This document shows positions 1 through 11,787 of a stretch of DNA of 64,000 bases, in pieces (positions within the stretch are counted from its first letter, which is position 1; each line of letters starts with the position of its first letter). The DNA lies in NCBI GenBank assembly GCA_047495785.1, contig JBLDXI010000019.1, positions 1,488,001 to 1,552,000 of the forward strand. The letters are read 5' to 3'. Both the position numbers and the translations under genes were made by a program. The notes beneath the pieces are model-generated. The model searched no databases and had not been told where the DNA came from. It saw only the letters and a list, made by a program, of their open reading frames with translations. Source of the DNA: Lepidodermella squamata. Lineage: Eukaryota > Animalia > Gastrotricha.

Positions 1-3000
1 TTGGCGCCGCCGTCGCAGGTCGACGGCACCGAGGACTCGATATGCGGCGTGACGCGGCTGCGCGGCACCGGCGGCATCCTGACGGCGCCGACGCTCAGCC
101 TGAGCCGCGACGGCCAGGCCCGGCAGCGCGCCGCCATCCTCGCCGCCGGCATGATCAACTGCACGTGGACGATACGCATCACTGAAGGCGATCAAATCCT
201 CATCAACTTCATGTCGCTCAACCTAGGCCCTAGCGAGGTCGTGTGCCGCGATTCTTACCTGCTCATGTACAACTCAGTATCCGACTTTGAACGCGTCGGC
301 TCGCTGGAGAAAATCTGCGGCCGTCTGTCGCTATTCCCCGGCAAGGCGAAGGAGTACGTATCAACTGGACCATGGCTGACTATTCGATACATTTACAAGA
401 TACCTATGGCTGAAACGCAGCTGGAAACCGCGCCAACTGTCTCGTCGTCCGCGTTCTCCGATTTCGACTCAACCCTCGCGCCAACTGTTGCGTCCGCCTT
501 AAGTTACGAGCCGAATTTCCGCCTAGTTTGGACTGCGATTTGGAATTTGAAACAGGGCGAGGAATGCCCGGGCTTTGAGTGTACCGGCCGGCAGGCGTGT
601 CTCGACGCTGGCCGGGTGGTTTGCCACAAAACGCCTCGCTACTGCGTCCACCCAACGCTGCGCTGCGACGGCATACCCCACTGCGGGCCTAGCGACACTA
701 GCGATGAAGAAAATTGCCAGCTGCCGCTGATTTTGTCCGGGGTAGCTGCTGGTGTTGGCTTTTTGTTGACATTTGTCGCGGCTATAGCGCTGATTGTCTG
801 GCGGATTCGCATGCCGAAGCAGCGGAAGGCGAAGGCGAAACCGATGGGGCGGCCGGTTTCGCGAGCTGTCAAAGCCGGTGCGCCGCCGAACCTGTCGAAG
901 ATGTTCGAGCATTTGGCGGAGAAGAAACAGCTGACGGCCGAGTATCAGGCGGTTATTACCAATCAGAATCTGGTCAACACGCGATCGATTTTGGCTTCAC
1001 TAAGTGCTGATAACGGGTTTGTTCTTCTGAAAAATAAATTAAAATCAAAATAATTTTTATTAAGGAGGCTTTTTTAAAGTTTTTAAAATATTTCGGATTA
1101 GGCACACAATTTATTTTACGATTGAATTTCACATTTTATTTTGCAAAAACCGCCCGGATTTTCTTTTAGCGGAACCGAAGTTACTCGTTGCGGAACCAAA
1201 TGTTACCGAAAGCGGCGCCAAATTTTGATTAATATTACTCCGTCCATTTTTCCAAATTTTCTGATGTTTCGCTATTAATTAAAAAATAAATAAATAAATG
1301 ACCGTAGAATTCCTAATGATTTTCAAATATAAGGTCTCATAATCATGATTAAAAAATGACATTCAAAAAAATATTGATAATTTGCGTTTTGTGCCAGCTC
1401 TTGAAATTTGGTTCCGCTGCCACCGATTTGGCTCCCCTTAGAAATATTGGGTGTGACTTTTTTCATCAGACATATGTCTTCTTTTATCAGACAAATGTCT
1501 TATTTCATCCGACATCCTAAAATGTGACTTTAATTATCCGACAACAGTTCTCACTCGGAACCAAGTTTCACTGAATTTTTAGCAAATGAGGGAACTTCAA
1601 GGATAACTTGGTGGCCGTGGATATCTAGTGATTCCGGAGTCGATATTGATTCGGCAAAGGGTTATTTGGTTTAGGAATATTGATGAGTTGATAAAATCCT
1701 TTTAAAGTCAGGATTTCGAACAGCATTGAACCTTTTTTTACGTCAAAGGACGTCATTTTGAAGTCCCGATTCCGCCAACTCATGGGTTCCTCAAGATATT
1801 TCTGGTTTTGGAATCGATTGGAGCCACGGATCGAATATAAAGAACTGAGTTTTTTGGTTCCTGGGCTTGGCTATTGGGCAGAGATGCTCAGCAAAGTTTG
1901 AATTTAGGCAAATTCCATGTCGGTTATTTCAAGTCACATTTCAGGTTGTCGGATGAAATAAGACATATGTCTGATGAAAAAAGTTTTTCTCGAAATATTC
2001 CGCTTTTCTTATGAGTTAGAATGGGTTCAATGTTTTGTCATTTTGCCGCGATTCCAGGCTCGATTCGACCGATTACTGATAACAGGATTATTACCCCGAA
2101 AGAGTCATCTGGGACCTTTATCGCAGTAGAAGTAGAACGAAAACCGGTTTTCACCGTTAGTTCTTAGCTCGTTTTATAGGCCTCGGAATCTAATGGATTT
2201 TGGGGAAAATCGCGTCTCTATAGGATTTGACCTTAAACAACCGATGGTTACTGAACAATTCCTTTCTCCTAATCCAGCGCCAAATGGAGTTGCAGGATTT
2301 TTTTTTATCATTTTATGTCGAGTAATTTTAGTCTTATTTCAGCAAAAATTTTAGCATCCAATTTTTATTTTTTTCTCCTAAAATTTAATGATTGAATGAT
2401 TAATTTCGAGAGCATTTTTACCATCGAAAAGCTGTTTTTTTTCCTAATTATTTTGTCGTTTTCGTCATTGCAGGAATTTCAATGTATGGGGCGATCTCTT
2501 TTAATTTGACCTATTTGTTTTTCATTTTTAGGAACACCCCAAATCATATGAAAACTGCTGACGCGACTGGTGCACCGCCGCCGCCTAAATCTTCCCGGCC
2601 ACTCGCCCTACGGCCTAGCATTGTAGTCAACCGTAACGCAGGCCTCGTCTCGGTGCGATTCGCCGCCGCTACGCCGCCCGGCACGACGCCGAGCGAGGAG
2701 CAAAAGCCGCAACTGCCAAAAGTTGCAACACAACCTGTCATCATTAAAACAACGCAAGCGACGCCCGAGGACGCGATTAAATCGCCGCTGCTCGGCTCGC
2801 CGGTCGACGAAGCGCCCGAGCCGCCGATTTTGAGTGAAATCAGGCCAGGCATTTCAATCCATGAAAACCCGCTCGAGAAGCTGTTGCTGGGTGAACCGCC
2901 GGCAGCGCCCAGTGGGAAGGCGGTTCAGTCACCCAGCGACGAGTCGGGGTCGATTTTCTTCCCCCCGCCGCCCTCCAACGACGAAATCATTCAATTCTCG

Positions 3001-4834
3001 ACCCCAGCTGTAACTATCCCACCTGTCGTGTTAACCCCGCCGTCGGCTAACAGCGGCAATGACTCGAAATCAACGCCAGCACCCGCCAAGCCGCCGCCGT
3101 CTTTGCCAACGTTTAGAAGATCCCACGCGCCTAGTAGTAGCAGCGAGGATGATGATGGCAAGGAGCGGCACCGGGCAAGGCCGAGCCATCACCAGAGCTA
3201 CGCTACGCGGCGGCACCACCGGTCGACGAGTAAAAAGTCGGCAACGCCGCGTCAAAATAGCAATAATAAACCGGAGAGCGAAATTTCGCCGCCTGTTGAA
3301 ACGCCGGCATCGGTGCCTGCGCCCAGGAGTAGTAATTCTGATAAGCCTTCACCTGCTGAAATTGAAGCCAAGGTTCGCGAAAATTTCAGATTTTTTTGAT
3401 AAATTTCTATAAAAATGTTGACTAATTTTAGGATTTGCTGAATGCGCACCTTATACTTTGGGTTCTAGCTGTTTAATTTGAGCACTAGGTTTCCCCATTC
3501 TTGATTCTTAGAATTATGGTGCCTAACCGATGTATCTCATAATAACGCGTATTTTGCACTTTGAGCCGCCAGTTAGACTTTAGTTTTCATACTTTAGGCT
3601 GCAGAGCCGATATCGATTTCAAATATCGATTTTACAAATCAGTGATTTTTCCGATATCAGAAGTGGTGGAAGCAAAAATTCTTCATGCTCGAGGGTACCA
3701 AGATGCCAAAACAAGAAATCCTAGGCTCATTTTGATCATCATTATCGATAAAGAATGGACCAACTCGAATCGCGAAAATCCAAAAGATGCAAGAAATTGC
3801 AAAAAGTCGAATTAAAGGATGGAACCTAAATTTTTATAGTAGTTAAAATTTCAAATATTTAGACAGACAATCCTAATCATGGTTACTTTTGTTCGCTTCT
3901 AGTGTTTTTCTTCACCGCTAATCTCAGTATAATTGAGGTTCCAATCCTAAATTTCGGTGATCTAGGACTACATTTCCATATTTTGCGATTTCAGCTTCAT
4001 TTTTTCCTGTTCTTGTTGCCCGCCATGGCCTTTGATTTGTTATTTTAGCTATCTGGTACCATCAATAGCTGAAAATTTTAAAAGCTTGCTTCCAGCTTAC
4101 TTCCAAAACTGTTGATATCGGAAAAATCACTGATTTGTAAAATCAATAATTGGAATCGATATCGGCTCCGCAGGCCAAACTTAATCTCGTGAACTGACCA
4201 CTGATATCGCTAATTATGCGTAATAGTGAGATCTATCGGCTAAGAAGGATAGGACAAGAAATTGAGATTTTAAGGAGAACGGGAAACTCGAAAAACCATA
4301 TTTTGGGGAAATCTTAAGCTGGAACCGAAATTACATATTTTGATTATTTATTATGTAATTAATATTTCATCCTTTTTACAGACCATAGCAAAACTGCTGC
4401 GTGATAACCCTGACATCGACCGGCGTCACCGGCACCATCACCGATCGCCATCGAAATCGCCGCGGAAGGGCCGTCACTCGTCGAAAACCGGCGACCCAGA
4501 ACCGGCATCGATACCCGTCTCGACCTCGACCGACTTCCAATGGGAGTTGCGCAACTCTGTGCCGCACTCGCCGCCCGATCACCGCCTCACCTCAACCCTG
4601 CCTCACCCGTACACGAAAGCTGACCCAAGCCCACCGACTTATTTCTCGCCCGATTCGCTGGCAACCGCCTCGCCTCGCATCAGCAAACACAAAAAAGCAG
4701 CGTCCGCGAACCAAAGAACGCCCACATCGGCTGATCCTGCTACAACGCCGACGAGCTCGAGGCCTAAATTGAAAAAGTCACCGCGAAGTCGCGATGACGA
4801 CGACCCGCGGCCGTCGCTTCAAACAACCGTGTAA
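1..4834 (+). CDS. CUB-LDLa single-pass membrane protein with long Pro/Ser-rich cytoplasmic tail (NETO/CULD-like); 5' end lies outside the window
   Basis: CUB motifs (CG..L.G..G.LT.P, NCTWTIR, ICG, WLTIRY), an LDLa module (CVHPTLRCDGIPHCGPSDTSDEENC) and a TM helix (LILSGVAAGVGFLLTFVAAIALIVW) followed by RIRMPKQRK. Inferred phase-compatible exons <1-1016, 2532-3372 and 4382-4834. Confidence 0.8.
1165..1443. repeat. Degenerate fold-back (old MITE-like) in intron 1 of the CUB-LDLa gene
   Basis: GCGGAACCAAAT (1192-1203) is inverted as ATTTGGTTCCGC (~1406-1417), with weaker flanking matches. Confidence 0.5.
1456..1984. mobile_element. MITE-like fold-back with ~70-bp terminal inverted repeats
   Basis: Left arm ACTTTTTTCATCAGACATATGTCTT...ATTTCATCCGACA..AATGTGACTT matches the reverse complement of 1918-1984. 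The left arm has a 21-nt internal duplication and the interior is also weakly palindromic. Confidence 0.7.
3457..4331. repeat. Nested fold-back filling intron 2: MITE-like core 3597-4176 inside older degenerate arms
   Basis: GAGCCGATATCGATT.CAA.TAT.GATTTTACAAATCAGTGATTTTTCCGATATCA occurs at 3605-3659 and inverted at 4114-4168. Outer arms TTTGGGTTCTAGCT / AGCTGGAACCGAAA and CCGATGTATCTCA / TGAGATCTATCGG. Confidence 0.75.
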
Positions 4835-6502
4835 AAATCAGTTTCTTCCTTAATGAATTAATTTTGCAATCTTCGATTTTTTTAAACACAAAAAAACCTC
4901 ATTTTTTATTTTGTTTTTCTTTGCATTATTTTAATTTTCTGCCAGCCCGCCGCTATCGCCGATTAGGTCAGTTTTACGCCAACCGGCGGATTGCAGCGAG
5001 AAATCGCTGTCGCCGAAGCGAGTGTCAATTAAGGTGGAAGAAGTTTATGATATTATCAACGTTGATTATTAGCTTTCTTGCGAGAGGCTTTGCCGCTTTT
5101 TTAACGTGCTATTTTTCAACGATCGCTATACTTAACTTGGTTTGGCTTAGTTTTATTGATGTCTCAATGAATAGAAAAAGCACAATTTTCGTATCTGAAG
5201 TTTTCCGTTTTTCTTGTATTTTATTTATGTTTGTTGAAAATAATAACTTCGCTTCGTAGTAGAAATTTTTATCGTAAACTCAGTATTATTTATAGAATTT
5301 TCCGCTATTATCTGTTTTGATTGTGCCAATTTAAATCGGAAAATTTTATATATATTATGGCGGCGAAGGCGAAGGGTCCATCGAGCGCCCCCGAAATTGG
5401 CTTCTTCGCGTCGGAAACAAATTATCTGTACAAATATGCGTCAATTTAATTATTAAACTTCACGTACCTAATTTGTAAAATTATTTATTCTGATCATAGA
5501 GAATTCATTATTCTTTGAATTTTGCGAAGGAGTAATAAAAACGACTGATGCTGATTGTTTTCTATTTTTCTGGTTCTTTGTTATTCGCGGGAAAAGTAAA
5601 CATTAAAGTGTTGGTGCATGAAAATAGGTGTAGATCAGCTCCGAAAACAAGGTGAGAAAACAAAAAACAATGCCAATCGATTTTTTTCGGGTTATGGTAT
5701 AAAAAATAAAGGCAAAAATCAGGTGAAATTCCGAAAAAAATCCAAATATTTCCGCTTGCAATTAGTGGAAGAATCGAAATTAATGCCGAGGCAACGATGA
5801 AACCGGCCCAGTTTTAGAGATCCGGTGATGAAAAACGAGGCTAATTCAGCATTCATCCGCCTCATTTCCTGGAACTGCAGTTTAACATTATAGACGAAAA
5901 AATCTGTGCAGGCTACAACTCACGCAATTCGCTTTGGCATAAATAAAGGAAAAAATTAATTGCCGAAATCGATTACAATGAGATATGGATAAAACAACAG
6001 TCAACAGGTAGGCATTACTGAAAATAATGCAAAATAATACGGAAAATACCCGCTCACCTTGTTTATTTGTTTATTTATTTGTTTGTCGCATGAAGCCTTC
6101 GATTCGGCACCTTATACATGCGCATATAAGCAACCCGTTGTTATTGGCTTATAATTTTTATACCAGCCCAGCTATGACTTCTCATGTGATGATTTTTGCA
6201 ATTAAATCGCATTGTTTAACGAGAAATTCTCTCACTTTTGTATGCCATAAATCGCGTCTTGTTTATGCGCAAAAATTCGAAGCGATAAATAACGTCTTCT
6301 ATTAATTAAAACTAAACCGAATTTTTACCCATCCATGATACTACTGTCACGCAAGCTTCATGACACTTTCCACGAAAAATACCTGCTTAATGCGTGCTAA
6401 ATTTCCGCAATTATTAGCGAAAAAAATAGAACAATAGATCAATTGTCTTTTATTCATGGCTCCAAATAGGGAAGACTTTTAGCTGTAAATTTAGAGAAAA
6501 GA

Positions 6503-9500
6503 ATGAAACCCAAGTCGTTAGTCCAAATCGGGGTATTTTTCATGGTTTTCGTCCCTTATTCCTACTCTGCCTCGGCGGATGATGGTAAGTGTTTTGATCC
6601 ACCCTAATGATAAATTGATAGCATTTTCGATCGAAACAGCTCGGCGGAGAATAACTTACATAATGCTACAAGGCAACTGCCCGGGCGCTTTTTTGTTCGA
6701 TAGCCCGCTTCAGTCGATGGCTGATTGTAAGCAACACTGTGGCGTTCTGCCTCAATGCGCCGGGTTTTCGTACGCAGCCGACCGTGACTTGTGTTACCTC
6801 AAAAGAGAAACATGCTCCGAGCCACTTTCCGGCAGTGAATTCACGTTTTACCAAAAATGTGAGAAAATTTAATGTAAATCCGCCCTAATTCAAATTGTAA
6901 TTATTTTTTTTAAAGTTGATCCATCCCTGACTGACATTCCGAAAGCGATCACAGACTCGGACGTGGATGACCCAGCGTCGATGATGACTGAAACTTCGGT
7001 ATTTTTCCGGGCGCCTGGTTCCAACCTCGAAACACCGCCGCCTCTCAGCTCATCATCATTCCGAGGTCATGCAGGCGGGTTTGTCCCTCGCGTTGAGTCG
7101 AATTTCAATTCACCGGGCGGTCGGCGGCGAAATCAATCGCATGCCTTTAATTGGAAGCAATTCCAACAAAACGAGCTTGCTGGAAATGGAAATATCATCG
7201 ATCTAGTAAGCGGACGAGGCCATTCGTCGTCGAAAAATGACAACAAGGAGATTCAGGAAAGTATCTTCAATCAAGCCCAAGCTGTTTTAAGGCAAGTCAT
7301 CACTTCCTCTACTGCTGTGCCTACGCCTGATTGCAGTAAGTTATGCCTTAAAATAAGTACACGAATTTTTCTGTAAACTTCCTATTTAAAGCCCAAAATG
7401 CTGGTAGCCCGAACGAGTACATACTAATGTTTCTCTTCAACCTACCCGACCAGCCGCAGTTATTTGACCTTGAAATTTACGTAAGCAGCGAGCCGCTTGG
7501 AAATGTCGCGACTGATATCACAATATCTATGCCGCGATACCCCGCGTTTCAAACTCTATCCGGGTCTGTCCAACCCGGTCAGACGGTCATGTTCAAGTTA
7601 CCGCAATCAGTCCGTCTCACTAACACTGGCATCGAATCTAAAGCGATTCGGGTAGTCTCGAAAAATCCTAGCGCAAAGGTATAGTCCGAGAATTCTGAAA
7701 GATGATTGCTGATTTTTCGATTTTTTCAGATATCAGTTTACGCGATGAATAAGGAAACATACACGGCTGATGCTTTTCTGGTGTTTCCGACAAATCAACT
7801 AGGCTTGGAGCATTACATCCTAACCTGGCAACCGTCGACTCGTGGGAGTGAATTCGGTTTCGCTGTTCCTTACGACGGCACGAACGTTCAAATTTTCCTG
7901 CCTACCACGCCACCAGCCGGCAGTGAACCAGCTCAAATTACGTTCAATGGCCGAACTTACACGAATGGCGATATCATTCAGCTATCGCTACAAGCCAACG
8001 ATGCCTTCCTTGCGATAAATGATAATTTGAATTCTGATCTAACTGGAACGCGAGTTGTGTCAACTAAGCCTTTAGCTGTTTTCAGCGGCGATAAACGAAC
8101 GGCTATCAAGTACATTTCCGGCGACCCACCCACCCGTGATCACCTTGTCGAGCAACTACCGCCTGTTCACGCTTGGGGTATGGAATTCGTGTTTTGCACA
8201 TCACCAAATCGCTCAGATGGAGATTACATGAAAATTGTCGGAAGTCAAGATCAGACTCAGGTGTTAGTCTACGGCGGGATAAGCGGCGCTCAGCAGAGGA
8301 CTATCGCGAGCCCGGGCGGTTTCATCCTGATTGAAACTGCCCCGCTGGAATGTCTCTACATCTCGTCGACTAAGCCGGTTATGGTTGGCAAATTTGTGGT
8401 CAGCCAAAAGCCGGATCAATTCGTCGAGCGGACTGACCCAGCTGCTGTAGTCATACCGCCGACAAGTGCCTACAAATCGGCGTATTCGTTCATGACACCA
8501 ACATATGCCGGGCTGACCCCGGGCGAGTCCTACATGCATTTCGTTTTGATTGGAGTGAAAAAGGATTATAAAGATGGATTTTTAGTCGACGATAAACCAG
8601 CCATTCTGGAAAAAGTCCTGCCAACCTATGTGAGCGAATTTGAAAAGTTTAAATTCAAAGACTAAAGTTTGAAATTTAATTTTAATTTAATTTTTTTGTA
8701 AATTTTAAAATATCATGAAAAATTCATAAATTCCCAAATTTTTCAGTTCATTCCAAAATGTTTCATAAAGCTTGAATACATACATATTATATGTGTAACA
8801 TTTTCAGAATGATTACGTATGCGGTTATCTTAATGTTTCTGCGGGCTCTCACTCGATTCGGCACAGCAACGCCAATGTTCAATTTTTGTCCATTTTATAC
8901 GGCGCTGCTGACCGCGAAAGTTACGCGTTCGTTCTTGGTGAAAACCTGAAACCAGTTTGCAGTGGGTCGAATCGTAAGTTCAAATTCTTGGTAGTCCATC
9001 TTTTCCAATTTTTCAATGGTTCCTTCCAGCCTCTGGACCATGTACCCCAGGAACTTTACTCGGATCCTGCCCTTATTGCCAGGGTGAGTCATCACGCATT
9101 TCGAACCCTATTTTTGTAATCGAAAAGCTTGACAAATGAATTTTTCAGAGGCTAGTGTGGCCCAAGGCTGCTACGGCAACATTCTTGCCATGAACTGCCC
9201 TGTAAATCGCGTTGTGAAGGTCATATCGGCGCATTTTGGCTGGTTCCCGGGGATTTGCGGCGGCTCGGCATGCGGCCCGGTTCACCAGGGCAACTGCGGC
9301 ATGTACAACGTGTACGACAACATTGCTCGATTTTGCAACGGCCAGCCGCAGTGCAACTTTCCAGTCGCTATGAACGCGCTTTTCACCACACAACAATTCG
9401 CCAATTATTTTTGCCCAATTTGCAGCACTCGCGTCATAGTTCACTACATATGCGTCCGTAAGTTGATGAAAAATTTTCGAAGTTTTCGAAATATTTTCAT

Positions 9501-11558
9501 TGAAATGTTATAGCTGCCTCTGCGTTACCATGTGCCAATCTTGTGGGCCGAACTCCGCTTTTTGTTCGATATACCGCGTCTTCATTTTGGCGCCGCGAGC
9601 CAGGCCGTTACGAAATAACATGTCCCGACGACATTTCCATGCTGACCCCGATCGACGCCCTCGCCATTCCAGCCTACCTGCCTGAATTCGCCCGCTACGC
9701 CGCGCCTCACGGCTTGATGTGGTGCCCGTCAGAATGTGACACAAATTCAAGCTACATCCAAGTCGACCTCGGGCGGGTGCTCCGCATCACTGGCTACGCG
9801 ATTCAAGGCCGTGTTGGGTTCGAGCAGTGGGTCAGTTCTGTGGCGATCGACTACAGCTCGGACGGGCGAACTTGGATGTCGTTAGGGTCTAAGCCAGGTA
9901 CGACGCAGCCTGCGATGGGCTCGTCATCTGGCTATGCTGTAATGGACGGCAACAACGACGCCGAGAATGTCATGGTCTGCGATTTGACCACGTTCGCCAT
10001 TGACGCTAGGTACATTCGAGCCTGGGTTCGAGGCTATCAAGGCTACCCATGTATGCGATTCGATGTGTTCACATGTAACGACGCAGCTCAGCGTAAGTCG
10101 AAAACTCAATTATATCCTTGATTATTTTTCCGAAAATATCGTGAGCAAAAATGGAAATTAATGCTGTGATCTGTTCAGCAAATTCAACTAACTCAACTGG
10201 TTTCCCAATTGACCCCCCTTTCGTCATTACGAGCCAATTCCCCATTTTCCCACCGGTAACTTCGCCTGTTGTAACTCTCGGTCCGGTGATGACCACTGCG
10301 CCTGGCGGAGGGAGCACCCCGCCTATTGGCACTGTGCCAACTCAACCGCCAGGTCCTGGCCCCACGACGGCGCGACCTGGCCCAGTTACCGGGACGACGC
10401 TTGGCCCGGCTACAACAGTGCCTACCGGTATTTGAAAAGTGACGACGTTGTACACTGAAAAAATACTAAAATTCCGGGCTATATCAATTCATTTTCTTAA
10501 TGGCGTCATCTTAACTTGAATCCTCTTCAGAAACCGCTACTTTCACCCTGAAAGTGTCAGCTTTTTTTAAGATGGAAAATTTCAATTAATCCTATGAAAT
10601 CTAAATTTTCATCACGACTAGGTACCACTACAGGTGCGAATGAGTGGAGAATGATTATTTCTCGATTTTTTATATCTGATGCGCCTTGAAATTCGCTATC
10701 TTCTGCTTTCTATTTCCGCTAAATTTTCATCTTTTCTCTTCTTCACTATCCATATACTTGTATAGACTAAACGGTTAGTATAATTCCTGCCTAAATACTG
10801 TATAAAATGCATATAAGGTCCGAGAGTGCTGGCTGATGACCATGACTTTAACGAAGGTGAGGAAACTCTGAGCCGTCGCCACCTGGCTAAGCGAAGCGCA
10901 ACCGGGGCCTCGTCTGGCACAACATCAACAAGTAAACTCGGCGATGCGGATGGAGAAACCATTGATTTGCGTGTTGTTTAAACGACGACCTGTGTGCTGA
11001 CCTTTTATCTAGAACGCTTATCTTAATTTCAAAATTTCCGCTTCTATATTAATTATTTTTTTCTGAATTTTGCCAATACTTTCGATTTATTGCTCCTTTA
11101 TGATTCAGAGGCGCCAATACCACCTGGCTGCCCACCTTTGGCGATCGCGAATTCCGACGCTACCGGTACGCCGAGTCAAAGAGGCATGATTGGCCAACGA
11201 CTGATCGTTCGATGCTTGCCCGAGTGGATGCTGCCTGATTTCTCAATCGAATTCACCGCCATTTGCGACTCATCCGGTCTGTGGGTTGGTGCCGATTACC
11301 AATGCACAGGTAAAACTACTGATCTTATACTTGAATCGTGCTTCAATTGCATTTTCTTTACGACTTATAGAGGTGCGAAACTGCGGGCCGATTCCGGAGG
11401 TTGATAATGCCAACTTTGTGGTCAGTGGAGATCCGATGCGGGTTGGCGGTTCGTTGACTTACACGTGCAATGCCGGGTACAGACCAGTCGGAAGCCTGAC
11501 GGTGACCTGCCAATCGAATACGCTATGGACGGCAATACCTCAATGCAATCCGTTGTGA
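6503..11558 (+). CDS. Secreted FCGBP-like mosaic protein: signal peptide, PAN/apple, IgGFc-binding domain, SUEL/rhamnose-binding lectin, F5/8 type C, Pro/Thr-rich stalk, two Sushi/CCP domains
   Basis: Signal peptide MKPKSLVQIGVFFMVFVPYSYSASA; PAN (CKQHC..LPQCAGFSY...CYLK); IgGFc-binding motifs (ADAFLVFPTNQLG, DLTGTRVVSTKPLAVFSG, DHLVEQLPPVHAWG); SUEL (CPVNRVVKVISAHFG..CNGQPQC); F5/8C (IQVDLG..ITGYAIQGR..ARYIR..CMRFDVFTC); Sushi (C.PIP.VDNA..YTCNAGY..TCQ..WT..PQC). Multi-exon with GT-AG junctions. Confidence 0.85.
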
Positions 11559-11787
11559 AACAAAATAAAAATTATTGAATGATTGATGAAAAGCTGCTCG
11601 AAAATGAAAATTGTCTCAACTTATATTTTAGCAATACCTAAATATCAATTTTATTATAGTTATCCTCTTTTAAACATTGCATATTATAATATCAATGTGT
11701 TTTATCTGCGAAATGTTTTTGTCTTATATCAGTAATCAGCAAATTAAAATCGCAAGGCGTTTTCAAGTTCTTTATTACATTATGGGA

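Noticed and set aside
10531-10555. Extra small exon in the FCGBP-like gene after a good TTCAG acceptor
   Set aside because: No GT donor gives a phase compatible with the downstream exons.
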